A stretch of DNA of 35,210 nucleotides from Priapulus caudatus (GCF_000485595.1 NW_014577085.1:531073-566282); one strand, 5' to 3'; positions 9,868 through 21,303 are shown, numbered from the stretch's first letter. The notes: generated by a model not told the origin, from the sequence alone. Numbers and translations: made by a program.

Positions 9868-11250
9868 AGCCTCGTATACACGACGAACCTTAACTCGAGT
9901 TAAGCGTCTACACTGGGCGCTGTTGAACTCGGAAGTTCTAAGGCCCGTGTAGACGATATAACGCCGTAGGTTAGCGCGGAATAGTTTAACATAACTCCAC
10001 GATAGGCGGGGCAACACTAGTGACGGATGTAGCGTAACACACGCGAGCGCACAGCACTCGATGCACGCGAGGTGCTACGTGGCACGATGCCATGCGACGC
10101 AGCGCAGCACAACGACGTTGTACCGCTGGCTCACGACAGTGCGCGATGTATGGCACGCACGCACACAGGCGACGACACGGTTAGCTCTTGCACCAAGCAC
10201 GCACGCGCACGCAATCGGAACGTGTCGAGCTGCACACGCGTCGCCGACAACACGCACGCACGCACGCCACGCACGCTACGCACGCTGTACGTGACCACAC
10301 GACGAACGTCACGCATGCCACGCATGTGTTTAACGGCTGCACACGCACGCCGCACGCACGCACGCACGTCTACTGTGGAGATGGCACATGCGGGGCCGCT
10401 CCAGCACAGCGCACGAACTGTGTACCTGCAACGCGGCACGGCAGCGCTGTACGTGCCGATGCACGCACGCACCGGCATGCGACGCACGATGTCTACGTGT
10501 CACAGCGGCACGTCGACGCATGCACGAGGGTGTACGTGCACGAGCGCACCGATGCGACGCACGTGTTAGTAACAGCCACGCAGCGCACAGCACACGGGAT
10601 GTACGCCACGTGTATTGTGCACACGCACGTCTACGTGGCATCATGCAGCACGCGCGCAGCACAGCAGCGGCACGCGACGCAGCGCTACGTGGTACGTGCC
10701 ACACAGCAGCGGACGCGACGGGGCGACGCATCGCACAGTCACGTGTACGTGCACGACGCGAGCGCACGCGGTGTTATTTGTGACACACGCTCTGGCGCTG
10801 CACGCACGCAGGCACGGACCATCATATACGTGCCAGCGCGCACTGGCACTCACGCATGCAAGCACGGTGGTACTGCTGCACACGCACGCACGTCCCAGCG
10901 TCCACGCACGTGTCGATACACGCTCACACGTCACGACGGCAGCGCACGCGACGAACGAACGTGTTACTGCTGCAAGCGCGCGCACGCACGCCCACAGTGT
11001 ATCGTGCACAGATGCACATGACGCGACGGCACGCATGCAAGCACATGTACGTGCCACACGCACGGCACGTTTACGCATGACGCACGCACGTATGACGTGA
11101 GCACGGGGACACGCGCGCTCAGACGGCACGTTTACATAGCTGGCACGCAGCCATGCATAATAAAATCTAATAAGTCCTATCGGTGTTGTTCGTGTAGCAC
11201 GGCCTACATAATCGCCTAACTCGAGTTAAGTTCGTCGTGTAGACGAGGCT
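9868..11250. mobile_element. PIF/Harbinger-like non-autonomous element with (GCAC/ACGC)-rich interior
   Basis: TIRs AGCCTCGT(A/C)TACACGACGAAC(C)TTAACTCGAGTTA at both ends; 3-bp TSD TAT (9865-9867 / 11251-11253). Confidence 0.8.
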
Positions 11251-11495
11251 TATTACTGTGGGTTTGATACTACTGCTGCCACTATTGGTCTAGTACTACT
11301 ATGGTCAAGGGTGGTGGAGATGGCCCTTAACCCCTCCGCGTCGACACCTGTGTCGCCCTGTGTCGGGAAATATCTGGTGCCACCCCTGCCCATGACGCTA
11401 TTGCGGCTGCTATTGTTTTAGTGGCTGCTGCCACCGCCATCGTCGTTGTTGTCGTTTCTTTGTCAGGCAAGAGTCGTGACGGATTTCTTATTCAC

Positions 11496-11526
<31 letters not shown>

Positions 11527-11849
11527 ACACTAAACTCGCCGTTTGTTACGTCCATTAGAACGTTTGTTACGTGCGCGCAATTAAGATTATATATAGTTTT
11601 ATCATGAACTCTACGATGAAGGGCTATACTAAATGAAACTAGCTAAGCAAAAACATACCCGTGTAAACCAAGAAACATCCGAAAAGGCAGATGGTGACGA
11701 CATATCTAGACTTCAAACAGCGGGACAATTCGGTGAGAGCGCGACAGTGCGGTGCCATCGTGTTCCACGCACAGCCAGCCGCTGGCCACTGGCCCCGACG
11801 AAGTAATGGTCAACAAATACTGCAGTTGGTACAGATGTTATGTGTGCTA

Positions 11850-12220
11850 GGATCGCTGCAATCTATACTTAACTATTCTAAAACCGGTCCAGAATCAATC
11901 AGTTCAGCTTCTAGCGACTCAACCTCACAATCTGCCTCCGGGCAACGTGGCACTGGTAATTAAGCTCTGTTCGCTTCGCCATGCATGCGCCTGTTCGGTT
12001 AGATCTTATCAGGAAGCGGTAGACAAACGCGCCTTATTCGCTACACTAAAAACGCCCAGAGGAAAGGAAATGTCTTGAGACATAGTGAAACTGAAATATG
12101 GGAGAGTATGCTCACGTTGACTACCACTGATCACGAAGTTTTCTGTAAAGAACGCGCAGCTGGGGTGACGGAACCTGAGAGTGCAGCGGGAACGTTGTGT
12201 CGCCCCGCCACTTCTTCAAA
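11850..12220 (+). repeat. Dispersed repeat, copy A (copy B at 23217-23593)
   Basis: Shared ggatcgctgcaatct..aaaaccggtcc.gaatcaatcagttcagcttctagc and agacaaacgcgccttattcgc..gaaatatgggaga..gcgcagctggggtgacggaac blocks. Confidence 0.75.
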
Positions 12221-12450
12221 TCTGCTTTTCAATAATAGGCGTGACCCTTTCATAGAATTGATGGAAATTCGTTTTGCGAAAACAGGGGCCCGTTGTCAGA
12301 AACAGAAATAGTATTAACATTATTCTTCACATTAACTTCGACTCGTAGACCGTTGACAGAAACATCGTAAAGTTACGAGAATAAAAAATTCGAGCAAATT
12401 TCCTACAAGATCCTAAACCCTCTCGTAACCTTTAGATTATCATGACTCAC

Positions 12451-12508
12451 TGATATATCCACCTGTATGCGTTTGTTTTGATAGTCGCCACGCTCGCGTG
12501 TCGTGTTG
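12451..12508 (-). CDS. Tentative upstream POMK-like exon (QHDTRAWRLSKQTHTGGYI)
   Basis: ttcattctgcacag acceptor and gtgagt donor; 58 nt ending in phase 1, which fits the 9745 exon; splice signals only. Confidence 0.35.
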
Positions 12509-13111
12509 CTGTGCAGAATGAATTCAAGACCGTGTCGTTTTTTCACAAGATATTATTTATATGTGGTTGACCACCATCATATATGCATAAAATACTGTGA
12601 TGTACAATAAATGTGTATAAATTTGAGTTTTGTGATCGATTTTCATCCAATCAGCAGCCTAGCTGTGAGAGCAAATTTTCTCAAGTTAATTCCTGTTATC
12701 GTATGATTAGACTTCCCTAGAAAGCTTGAAGATAGTTAATATACTCGAGGTATCATTTGTTTCCGTATTTCCGCATCAAATTCAGGTTCACCACTGTGGC
12801 AGTGTAGTCCCAAATGCTCTGAACTGAGTGTACCGTTCGCATGAAAGAGAATAGATTTTAGACAACAGAAATCTCCCCGAATCCCACCTAAATGACATGT
12901 AGGCCTACTGCATATACGCACGATTTGTCCCTAGAGACTTAGCAACAGACGTTTCTTTGTTATTCGAACAGAGGGGATGTCGTTAAAATTCAGGAGAAAA
13001 TACACGTATTAACTCGTTTTTATATTATCCTACGGCTGTATAGAAATATATTGGTGAACTTAGTAAATACGTAATCGCCTGTACAGGAATAGCATGAACT
13101 CTTAGTAAATA

Positions 13112-13670
13112 CTATTTATTTATTTTACTATTTATTATTTTAATTCGGTCATATGCCAATATGCCCTTGTATCGTTGTGTTTTTTGTAGAAATTGCTGTT
13201 CACCATACATGCTTATAAACACACGTGAATAGCCTAGCAGCACATCCTCCATACTCATACGCTGTATTGGGTCTACTATTTTGCATTGCGCGTGGATATC
13301 TGCGAGACGGCGCATCAGGTTGGAGTTTCTCGGCAACATGCGATCACACACCGCCGGTACCTTCCAGACATCCAACTTTACCTGTCTCGCAGCAAGCGCC
13401 TTCACGCAGCTACTGTTAGTGGATGACTTACAACTCAGTGAAGCGACAACGTCGTGTTCGGGTGCGAGAATTGAACCGTAAGTGATATTTTCCATCAATA
13501 TTGGTTCCACACCCATTTCAGGTAAAATGTTCATGTCACTGAGAAGCAGGCGCATGTCGTCAGAGAGGAGGTATTGAGAAAGAGTTCTCTTCCACGTGTT
13601 CTGATCGGCATTACATCGCCCCTTCTCATGCAGCATAAGATTGCTCACTGCGTAGTCCATACACAACAAT
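13112..13670 (-). pseudogene. 5'-truncated second copy of the POMK-like kinase exon
   Basis: ORF 13112..13669 is near-identical to 4607-5135; similarity ends abruptly at a foldback-element terminus (~13671); N-lobe and acceptor are absent. Confidence 0.75.
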
Positions 13671-13720
13671 AGGGGGCGCCAAGTGTCGCATGACTGATTT
13701 CGTTACGAAATCAATGATTT
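13671..13720 (+). mobile_element. Isolated terminus of the foldback element family (cf. 15964)
   Basis: GGGGCGCCAAGTGTCGCATGACTGATTTCGTTACGAAATCAATGATTT matches 15966 onwards. Confidence 0.8.
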
Positions 13721-13819
13721 TGAGTATCCTTAGAATTTAGTAAATATATGTGTTAAAATTTGCTGTACAGGTTGTTCCTATAGAGTTTTCCCCGGGCAAC
13801 GCCGGTTACCCAAGCTAGT
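13721..13819 (+). mobile_element. Helitron-like 3' end fragment
   Basis: Hairpin CCGGGCAACGCCGG followed by CTAG|T at 13815-13819. Confidence 0.45.
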
Positions 13820-13855
13820 GTGATGATTCTAGTTTTTACCATCTATATCCATCAC

Positions 13856-13900
13856 GATATATATATATATATATATATATAAATATGATATATATAATAG

Positions 13901-13929
<29 letters not shown>
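13856..13929. repeat. (TA)n tract; related tracts at 14736-14778, 19383-19419, 20758-20797
   Basis: Direct reading. Confidence 0.9.
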
Positions 13930-13932
<3 letters not shown>

Positions 13933-13933
13933 A

Positions 13934-14735
13934 CAAGCTAATAATACCTAGAGTGTACAACGGAAAAACGGGAAAATTGTGCTATTTCACGACTACATTA
14001 TTCTACTTTGCCTGCGAGTCTTAGAATAATTTCATGGTATTGCATTAAGCCAGAATTCCCTTGCTCTCTACAACAAGACCAACGGCTTGTCAATACGATA
14101 CTCCTAGCGCGAGATATCGGCTCCTATAACCTCCCCTCCCACATGCTTTACGCCGCCTTCGCATCCACTTTATTCAGCAACCTACACGCTGTCTAAGCAT
14201 TTTGGCTATCGGTTTTCCGTCACCGCTTGGAGCGCTGATAATTGATGTCACATGCCGCAAATTTGGTACTGTTACTACACATATAGTAACTGAGCCTGCG
14301 TTGTTAAAAACTTGATGGAGCCGGCTCCACCATGACGGGAATTAGCCGTGCTAGGAAAGATAATGGAAGATAAGGGCATAGGCGATGCCCCCGAAAGTCA
14401 TCTATGAATAACCGAAGCGCACCGTTCATTCATAAAGTTTATCGCGGAAAAACCGAACTTTTACGAAGCAATGCGTAGACGCGTGTAGGTAGCTGAATAA
14501 AGTGGATGCGAAGCGGCTCAAGGCATGTGGGAGGGGAGGTTTAGGAGCCGATATCTCCGCCTAGGAGTATCGTATTGACAAGCGCGTTGGTCTTGTTGTA
14601 GAGAGCAAGGAATTCTGCTTAATGCAATACCATGAAATATTCTAGACTCGCAGGCAAAGTAGAATAATATGTAGCCGTGAAATAGCACTATTTTCCCGTT
14701 TTTCTCGTTGACACTCTAGGTATTATTAGCTCTTG
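13934..14735. mobile_element. ~800-bp long-TIR non-autonomous DNA transposon (copy 2), inserted in (TA)n
   Basis: Same TIR and internal sequence as 5967-6818; flanked on both sides by TA repeats. Confidence 0.85.
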
Positions 14736-14768
<33 letters not shown>

Positions 14769-14961
14769 ATATATATATTATACACAGGGGCGTAAATTCC
14801 GGGGGATGAGGGGAATGCATCCCCCCGCTCTTGAAGAGGGGATGGCCTGTACAAAATTCCCCCCTGAGATTCAAAAAAAGAGAAAAAAAAGAAAGAATGA
14901 AGAAGAAGAAAAAAGAAAGAAATGTGATTGTTTCATTTCAGCATAATGCATGAGAAATGAG

Positions 14962-15828
14962 TTTTTAGCTCATCTGACATAGTCAGATGCAGCTTGTAGA
15001 ATCGCATGATCGTCCGTGCGTCCGTGCGTCCCGTCCGTCCGTGCGTCCGTCAACATTGGGCACAAATCTTTAACCGCTCGACGTAACGGTCACGATATTC
15101 GGGACGTGGGGGGGTAATCGAAAAACGAGTTGGGATGTCGAAGCTGGGGGTCAAAGGTCAAAGGTCAAGAGGTGTAAAATAAGGGGAACATTCACTCCTT
15201 AACGTTAAGGTATAGGAGGAAATGCAGAATTGCGGCACAAATCTAAACGGCTCGACTAGGCTCGTGATAGATCGTGTATAGGATCATGGTAGGAAAAGCC
15301 ATCACTGTGCCGAAATTGGAGGTCACAGGTCAAAGGTCAATGGGCACAGGGCAGATTTTAGACATTTTCTGAGGACATGGTCTGACGGAGCCGATTGAAA
15401 AACTTTTTTGTTTCAGCGGTGACTATGCATTTTTATGGCTTATTGAAAGGACCATGAAATGTCCCTTCTGCTGACATGCGAAGAGTAAGTGTCGGATACC
15501 TTTTGACCTCAAGAGCAGGGTTAACATGATTTGTTGGACTGTTAACAAAAGAGTGAACTGCTTTTGCTATTAGAGCCCCCTCCCCCACCCTCCCCCTTCC
15601 CACCTCCCCCACCCTCCCGCCCTTTCCCCCCTCCCCACCCCTCCCCACCCTCCCCCTACCCTCCATCTGCGATAGTGGGGCGTCGTGTCCTAACAATGAT
15701 GTGTACGCAACTGCGTGTCTGCATATCTGCGCCTAACAAATGTGGTACTACGCACCGACTGAAATTTTACGTTTATAATCGTAGCAACAGACCTCAGCAT
15801 GAGCCCAGACGCTCTGCGGCTCTTGTTT
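14962..15828 (+). mobile_element. Helentron/DINE-1/pearl-like element nested in the hAT element
   Basis: TTTTTAGCTCATCTGAC..GTCAGATG hairpin; (GTCC/GTGC)n microsatellite; GGTCAAAGGTCAA core repeats; 3' CAG.ATGAGC plus hairpin plus CTCTTGTTT. Confidence 0.7.
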
Positions 15829-15963
15829 AAATGTGTGTATAACTGTATAGCCTACAGTACAATTCAGTGTTAATCAGGGCTATTGCATGGTATGCAAGAC
15901 AGACTTTCAATGGGGCACGGAGAAGGAGGGAGCCAGAGGCTCTCAAAAGTACAAGTGCTATGT

Positions 15964-18450
15964 ATGGGGCGCCAAGTGTTGCATGACTGATTTCGTTACG
16001 AAATCATTGATTTCGTAATGAATCAAGTATACAAAGTGATTTCGTTACGAAATCAAGTCTACAAAGTAATTTCGTTACGAAATGTCAAGTCTACAAAGTA
16101 ATTTCGTTACGAAATCAATTACTGCGAGTCATTTCGTTACGAAATCAATTACTGCGAGTTATTTCGTTACGAAATCAGCTACTGCGGGTCATTTCGTTAC
16201 GAAATCTTGCTACACTTGGCGCGCCGGCGCCAAAAGAAAATCGCATGACTTGATTTCGTTACAGAATTATTGATTTCGTAACGAAAATCAAGTCTACAAA
16301 GTGATTTCGTTACGAAATCAACTACTGAGAGTGATTCGTGACGAAATCAGCTACTGCGAGTCATTTCATGACGAAATCAGCTACTGCGAGTTTATTTCGT
16401 TACGAAAATCATGCGACACTTGCGCGCCGGCGCGCCAAGTGTAGCATGACTTGATTTCGTTACGAAATCAGCTACTGCAATCGAATGATATTTCGTTACG
16501 AAATCATGCTACACTTGGCGTGGTGGGGCGCCAAGTGTGACTGATTTCGTAACGAAATCAAGTCTACAAAGTGATTTCGTTACGAAATCAAGTCTACAAA
16601 GTATTTCGTTACGAAATCAACTACTGCGAGTGATTTCGTGACGAAATCAGCTACTGCAATCGAGTGATTTCGTTACGAAATCATGCTACACTTGGCGTGT
16701 GGGGCGACAAGTGTCGCATGACTGATTTCGTTACGATACAAAAAAGTCGATACAAATCGTTACAAGTCGATACAAGTCGATACAAATCGTCGATACAAGT
16801 CGATACAAATCGTTACGATACAATCAAGTCTACAAATAAATCATGTAAATATTTGCGTTATTATTATTTATTATTTTGCGTAATTATTGCGGGAAAAAAT
16901 AGTTAAATGGATAAAGATAGAAAAATGAAAAAATATGCATACATGGGGCGTGCGTGCATGGATGTGGCTAGACTGGTACCCGTCCCACTCGCCGCTTAGT
17001 TACTCGATGGCATTAGTTACGATCCGAGTAATCAAGGTGGGAGCGAGTACCAGTCTAGGATGTGGACTGCGGGAATTTAGGAAATCGGAACCGATCAAAA
17101 TATTGTTGATGAGGAATTGCGGTCACGCTTTATCTCGATCCTGGAGAAATCAGGATATTTTTTTTCCCCAATTGGCAATTAACGCAAATATTTACATGAT
17201 TTATTTACAATAATTTAATTCAAATATTTTTTTATTAAAAATTAAATTTATTAGTGTTAATAAGTTATTAGTGTTAGTCTTTACTCGCAGTAGCTGATTT
17301 CGTCACGAAATCACTCGCAGTACTTGATTTCGTAACGAAATCACTTTGTAGACTTGATTTCGTAACGAAATCACTTTGCAGACTTGATTTCGTTACGAAA
17401 TCAATGATTTCGTAACGAAATCAGTCATCGACACTTGGCGACCCCACACGGCCAAGTGTAGCCATGCGATTTCGTAACGAAATCACTTGATTGCCAAGTA
17501 GCCTGAATTTCGTCACGGAAATCACTCGCAGGTAGTGATTCGTAACGAAATTAGGCCCCTACTTTGTGACTTGATTTCGTAGACCGAAAATGCATTTGTA
17601 AGACTTGATTCGTACTGAAATCAATGATATTTCGTAACCGAAATCATTCATGAACGACACTTGGCGCCCTCACGCAAGTGTAGCATGATATAACGATAAA
17701 CAGCAAATCATCGCTCGATTCAGTAGCTGATTCGTCACGAAATCAACTCGCATAGTTGATATTTCGTAACGAAAATTACTTTTGTAAACTTGATTTCGTA
17801 ACGAATCAGTCATGCCGACACTTGGCGCCCCACACGCAAGTGAGCATGATTTCGTACGAACTCATTCGATTGCCAGTAGCTGAATTCGTTAACGAAATCA
17901 GTCATGCGACATTTGGCGCGCACGTGCGCCGCCAAGTGTAGCATGATTTACGATTACGAGAATCACTCGCAGTAGCTATTTCGTAACGAAATCAAGTCAT
18001 GCCTTACAATTGCGCGCTTCCGGCCGCCGCCCAAGTTGTCGCCATGATTTCGTAACAAAATAACTCGCGTAGCTGATTTCGTCACGAAATCACTTGCAGT
18101 AGTTGATTTCGTAAACGGGAAATCACTTTGTAGACTTGATTTCGTATACGAAATCACATGTTCTGTAACCGAAATCAAGTCATGCGACATTTTGGCGCGC
18201 CGTCGCGCGCCAAGTGTAGCATGCATTATCGTAGCGAAATAGACCCGCAGTAGCTGATTTCGTAACGCAAATGGACTCGCCAGTAGTTGATTCGTAACGA
18301 AATTTACTTTTGTGACTTGAATTTTCGTACACGAATTTACTTTGCCTAGACTTGGATTTCGTAACGAAATCACTTTGTAAGACTTGATTTCGTTACGAAA
18401 TCACATGATTCGCTAACGAAATCAGTACATGCGACACTTTGCCGCCCCAT
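15964..18450. mobile_element. Foldback-type element with modular, tandem-repeat TIR arms (~15964-16735 and ~17283-18450) around a unique AT-rich centre
   Basis: Ends ATGGGGCGCCAAGTGT / ACACTTTGCCGCCCCAT; dozens of copies of palindrome TGATTTCGT(T/A)ACGAAATCA separated by a few recurring linkers, in inverted orientation in the two arms. Confidence 0.85.
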
Positions 18451-19421
18451 GACGCTATGCGAGGTGCAGTGCGGAATCTACACCGAATATATCAAGCTTC
18501 TTTGCCAGCGCAGCAGATAGCAGAATTGCTCTGTTCTTGACGCAGATAGTAGAGATTTACGGATTATTTTTAATTGCAACACATGCTGCCTTGCATGGCG
18601 GCGACCATGCAAAATGAACTCTTCAAGCAAAAATATTTCAGACTCGATACACAAAACGTATGGTTGCAAAAATACAAAAACACGTGAAATTGTGAGGAAA
18701 ATTGCCCAATTCTTTACCTCATGTTTTAATACATGTATTACTTACTATTATAATAGTAGCCTAACTGTGTACGCTATGCTGAAAAGTAATGAAAAAAGTG
18801 TTTGAATCCTAAATTGTAGCGTTTGCAGTCTAGGGTGAGATAGGTCATCCAGACATGAGAATATGGCCCCACATGTATGCCTCAGATTGCAGAGAAAATG
18901 GCCTTAAAAAAAAAAGTTGTATTTTCAAAATTTTCTGCGGCGGGCCCAGACCCCCCTTAGCCACTGGATGCTACAGCACGTGCCAAACGTACGGACTTGT
19001 CAAATTTGGCATCGTGCTGCATGGTTGCTATGCATGTATAGAATGTATATGCTACGTGTTGGTTTTGTGTGTGTGTTGCGTGTTGATTGTGCGTAATTGT
19101 TCGTCGTGTGTGTGTCGTGCGCGCGTGCGCCGCTGCGCTGCGCCGCGCGCGCTGCGTGCGTTTGCCTGCGTGCGTGCGCTGCGTGCGTGGCCTGCGTGCG
19201 TGCTGTGCCGTCGCGTGCTGTCGCGGCGCTGTGTGTTGTATGGTTCTCGCGTGCGCGATCCGCGCCGCGTGTGCGTAAAATTATTGTGGGCTTTTGTTGC
19301 TCTGCTAGTATCGTGATGGCTATCGCCCGATCATCCCTCCCCCCCAACTCCTCGTACGAATTTACGCCCCCTGATTATACAGTATATATATATATATATT
19401 ATATATATATAAATATATACA

Positions 19422-20757
19422 TGTAACTTTTTCCCCGTTACGTGGCGACTCTCCCACTGTTCGAGCCACTGCGATTGTAACACGTCGCCCACAAGAACAA
19501 TCAACACAACTCAAAAAATGACAGTTGCTTTACGCGGGAATAGCGTCCGGGGGCTTTTATTCCGCACCTGCGTCAGCCAGCACCAGAGTGGGGCATAAAC
19601 GCGCTACAATATTCCTGCGCCAGCGTAAGGCCCGAGTATAGCCTAGCAATGCATACAACTTACGGCACTAGGCCTTACCAAAACGTCCTCTGTAGCGAGA
19701 GCGGCCAAGTCGCTGCAGAGATCGATGGTGATGTTTGCTTCGGTTGCTTGTACCTTGCGTCGTGTCTCCTCTCGACTACCGTTCCTGCACGAGCTGGCTG
19801 ACTGCCTCACGGCAGCCTGCCGGTGAACTGAACCTAAACTGAACCCAACTGAACTCAACTGAGCTGAGCTGAACTGCCCGATGCTCCAGGAGAGCGCAGT
19901 ATATATGCCGTCTCGCGAGCGTGTGCCACGGCTTCAAACACCACGTCAATTCATGCCGTCAGAAACAGGTAGCCATCAGCCGCAGCTTCCATACCTGACG
20001 CGCCGACAGCCCTTCACACGTGAACATGCACGTTGGCCTTCGGAGCGTGACACGCACGCAGCTTCACACACTGGAACGCACGCTAGCTTCGACGCGTGAC
20101 ACGCACGCAGGCCTTCACACGTAGTACACGCACGCCAGCTTCACACGCTGACAACGCACGCCAGCTTCAGCGTCAGGAGTACGGCAACAGCTAGCTAGCT
20201 TCGTGTTCAAGCACGTTGCTACATTGCCCCAGCATTGTCGGCGGAATTTGCTAACAATCGAAGCCCACATCAAAAAAAAACCCAAGGACGCTGGGACGTA
20301 CCGCGGAGGTAGACGCGGGGATGTGACGCTGCGGCAGACCGAAATTCATTACACTACCCCCTCCGCCTTTCGAGTTCTCGCCGCCGAGATTCGACCAACG
20401 GGTCGGCTAACGAACATCCGGCCGCAGCCACATCAGTAAGCGCATATCATACTCAGCGCGGGTTTCCCGTGCCGCCGGGGGCCTCGGGATAAACCGAGTC
20501 TACCTGTTACGACGGGGCGTGCCTAGAGTCTATGCGGAGCATCTCCACTCATGATCTCTAGTCCACCCCTGCGGCTGCCCGCGTCGCCGTAGATATCTCC
20601 TCAGAGTAGTGCCGCGTTAACCGCTCACTATCTTCCCAGACCGTCTCACGCCCACTCGTACGACAGCGTCAATAGCGTCTGTCGCAGGAGGACGCTGGGA
20701 CTGTACGCCGGAGTAGAACGCCGGGGATGTGACGCTGCGGCAGACGAAATTGTTACA
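19422..20757 (-). mobile_element. Probable solo LTR (~1.3 kb) inserted in (TA)n
   Basis: TGTAAC...GTTACA termini. On the minus strand: TATA-like TATATA near 19900, then CAGTT-rich repeats, then AATAAA near 19560. Internal 60-bp direct repeat at 20285-20346 / 20690-20751. Confidence 0.65.
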
Positions 20758-20796
20758 TATTATATATAATATATATATATATACTATATATATATA

Positions 20797-21252
20797 TGTG
20801 TGATGTGGTGTGTGCGTGAGTACCGTGTGGTGTGTGTGTGTGTATGTGTGTGTGTGTTGGCTGTGTGGTTGTGTGTGTGTTGTGTGTGACTGTGGTGTGT
20901 GTGTGTGTGTGTGTGTTTGTGGTGTGTGTGGGTGATGTGTTGTGTGTGGTGTGTGTGCTTGTGTGTGTGTGTGTGTGTGTGGTGGTGTGTGTGTTTGTGC
21001 TGTGTGTTGTGTGTTGTTGTTGTGTTTGTGTTGTGCTGTGTGTGGGTGTGTGTGTGCTGTGTGTTGGTGTGTGTGTGTGTGTGTGTATGTGTGTGTGTGT
21101 GTGTGTGTGTGTTGTGTGAGCTGTGTCGCTGTGGGTGTGTGTGTGTCGACCTGGTGTGTGTGTGTGTGTGTGTGTGTCGATGTGTGTGTGTGTGTGTGTG
21201 CGTGTGTGTGTGTGTGTGTTGTGCTGGTGTGTGTGTGGTGTGTGTGTGTGTG

Positions 21253-21303
<51 letters not shown>

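Larger units (their letters stand above)
14785..19373. mobile_element. 4.6-kb hAT-type non-autonomous element carrying nested insertions
   Basis: TIR CAGGGGCGTAAATTC (14785-14799) / GAATTTACGCCCCCTG (19358-19373); identical 8-bp flanks ATTATACA (14777-14784 / 19374-19381); no transposase ORF. Confidence 0.85.

Noticed and set aside
10061..11129. Overlapping R/H/T/A/C-rich ORFs
   Set aside because: By-product of a stop-poor low-complexity tract inside a TE
11306..11388. Tiny hAT-like MITE (CAAGGGTGG...CCACCCCTG)
   Set aside because: Short imperfect ends and no 8-bp TSD
4552..15640. Single segmental duplication covering kinase, MITE and DINE fragment
   Set aside because: The order of the shared repeats differs between the two regions and the TE copies look far more diverged than the kinase C-lobes, so independent insertions are more likely
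15964..18450. CRISPR-like array of palindromic repeats
   Set aside because: Linkers are only ~1-40 bp and reused rather than unique spacers, the arms are inverted, there are no cas genes, and the context is spliceosomal eukaryotic DNA
18478..18669. ORF after the foldback element as the continuation of kinase copy 2
   Set aside because: No similarity to the kinase N-lobe; lies inside the hAT element
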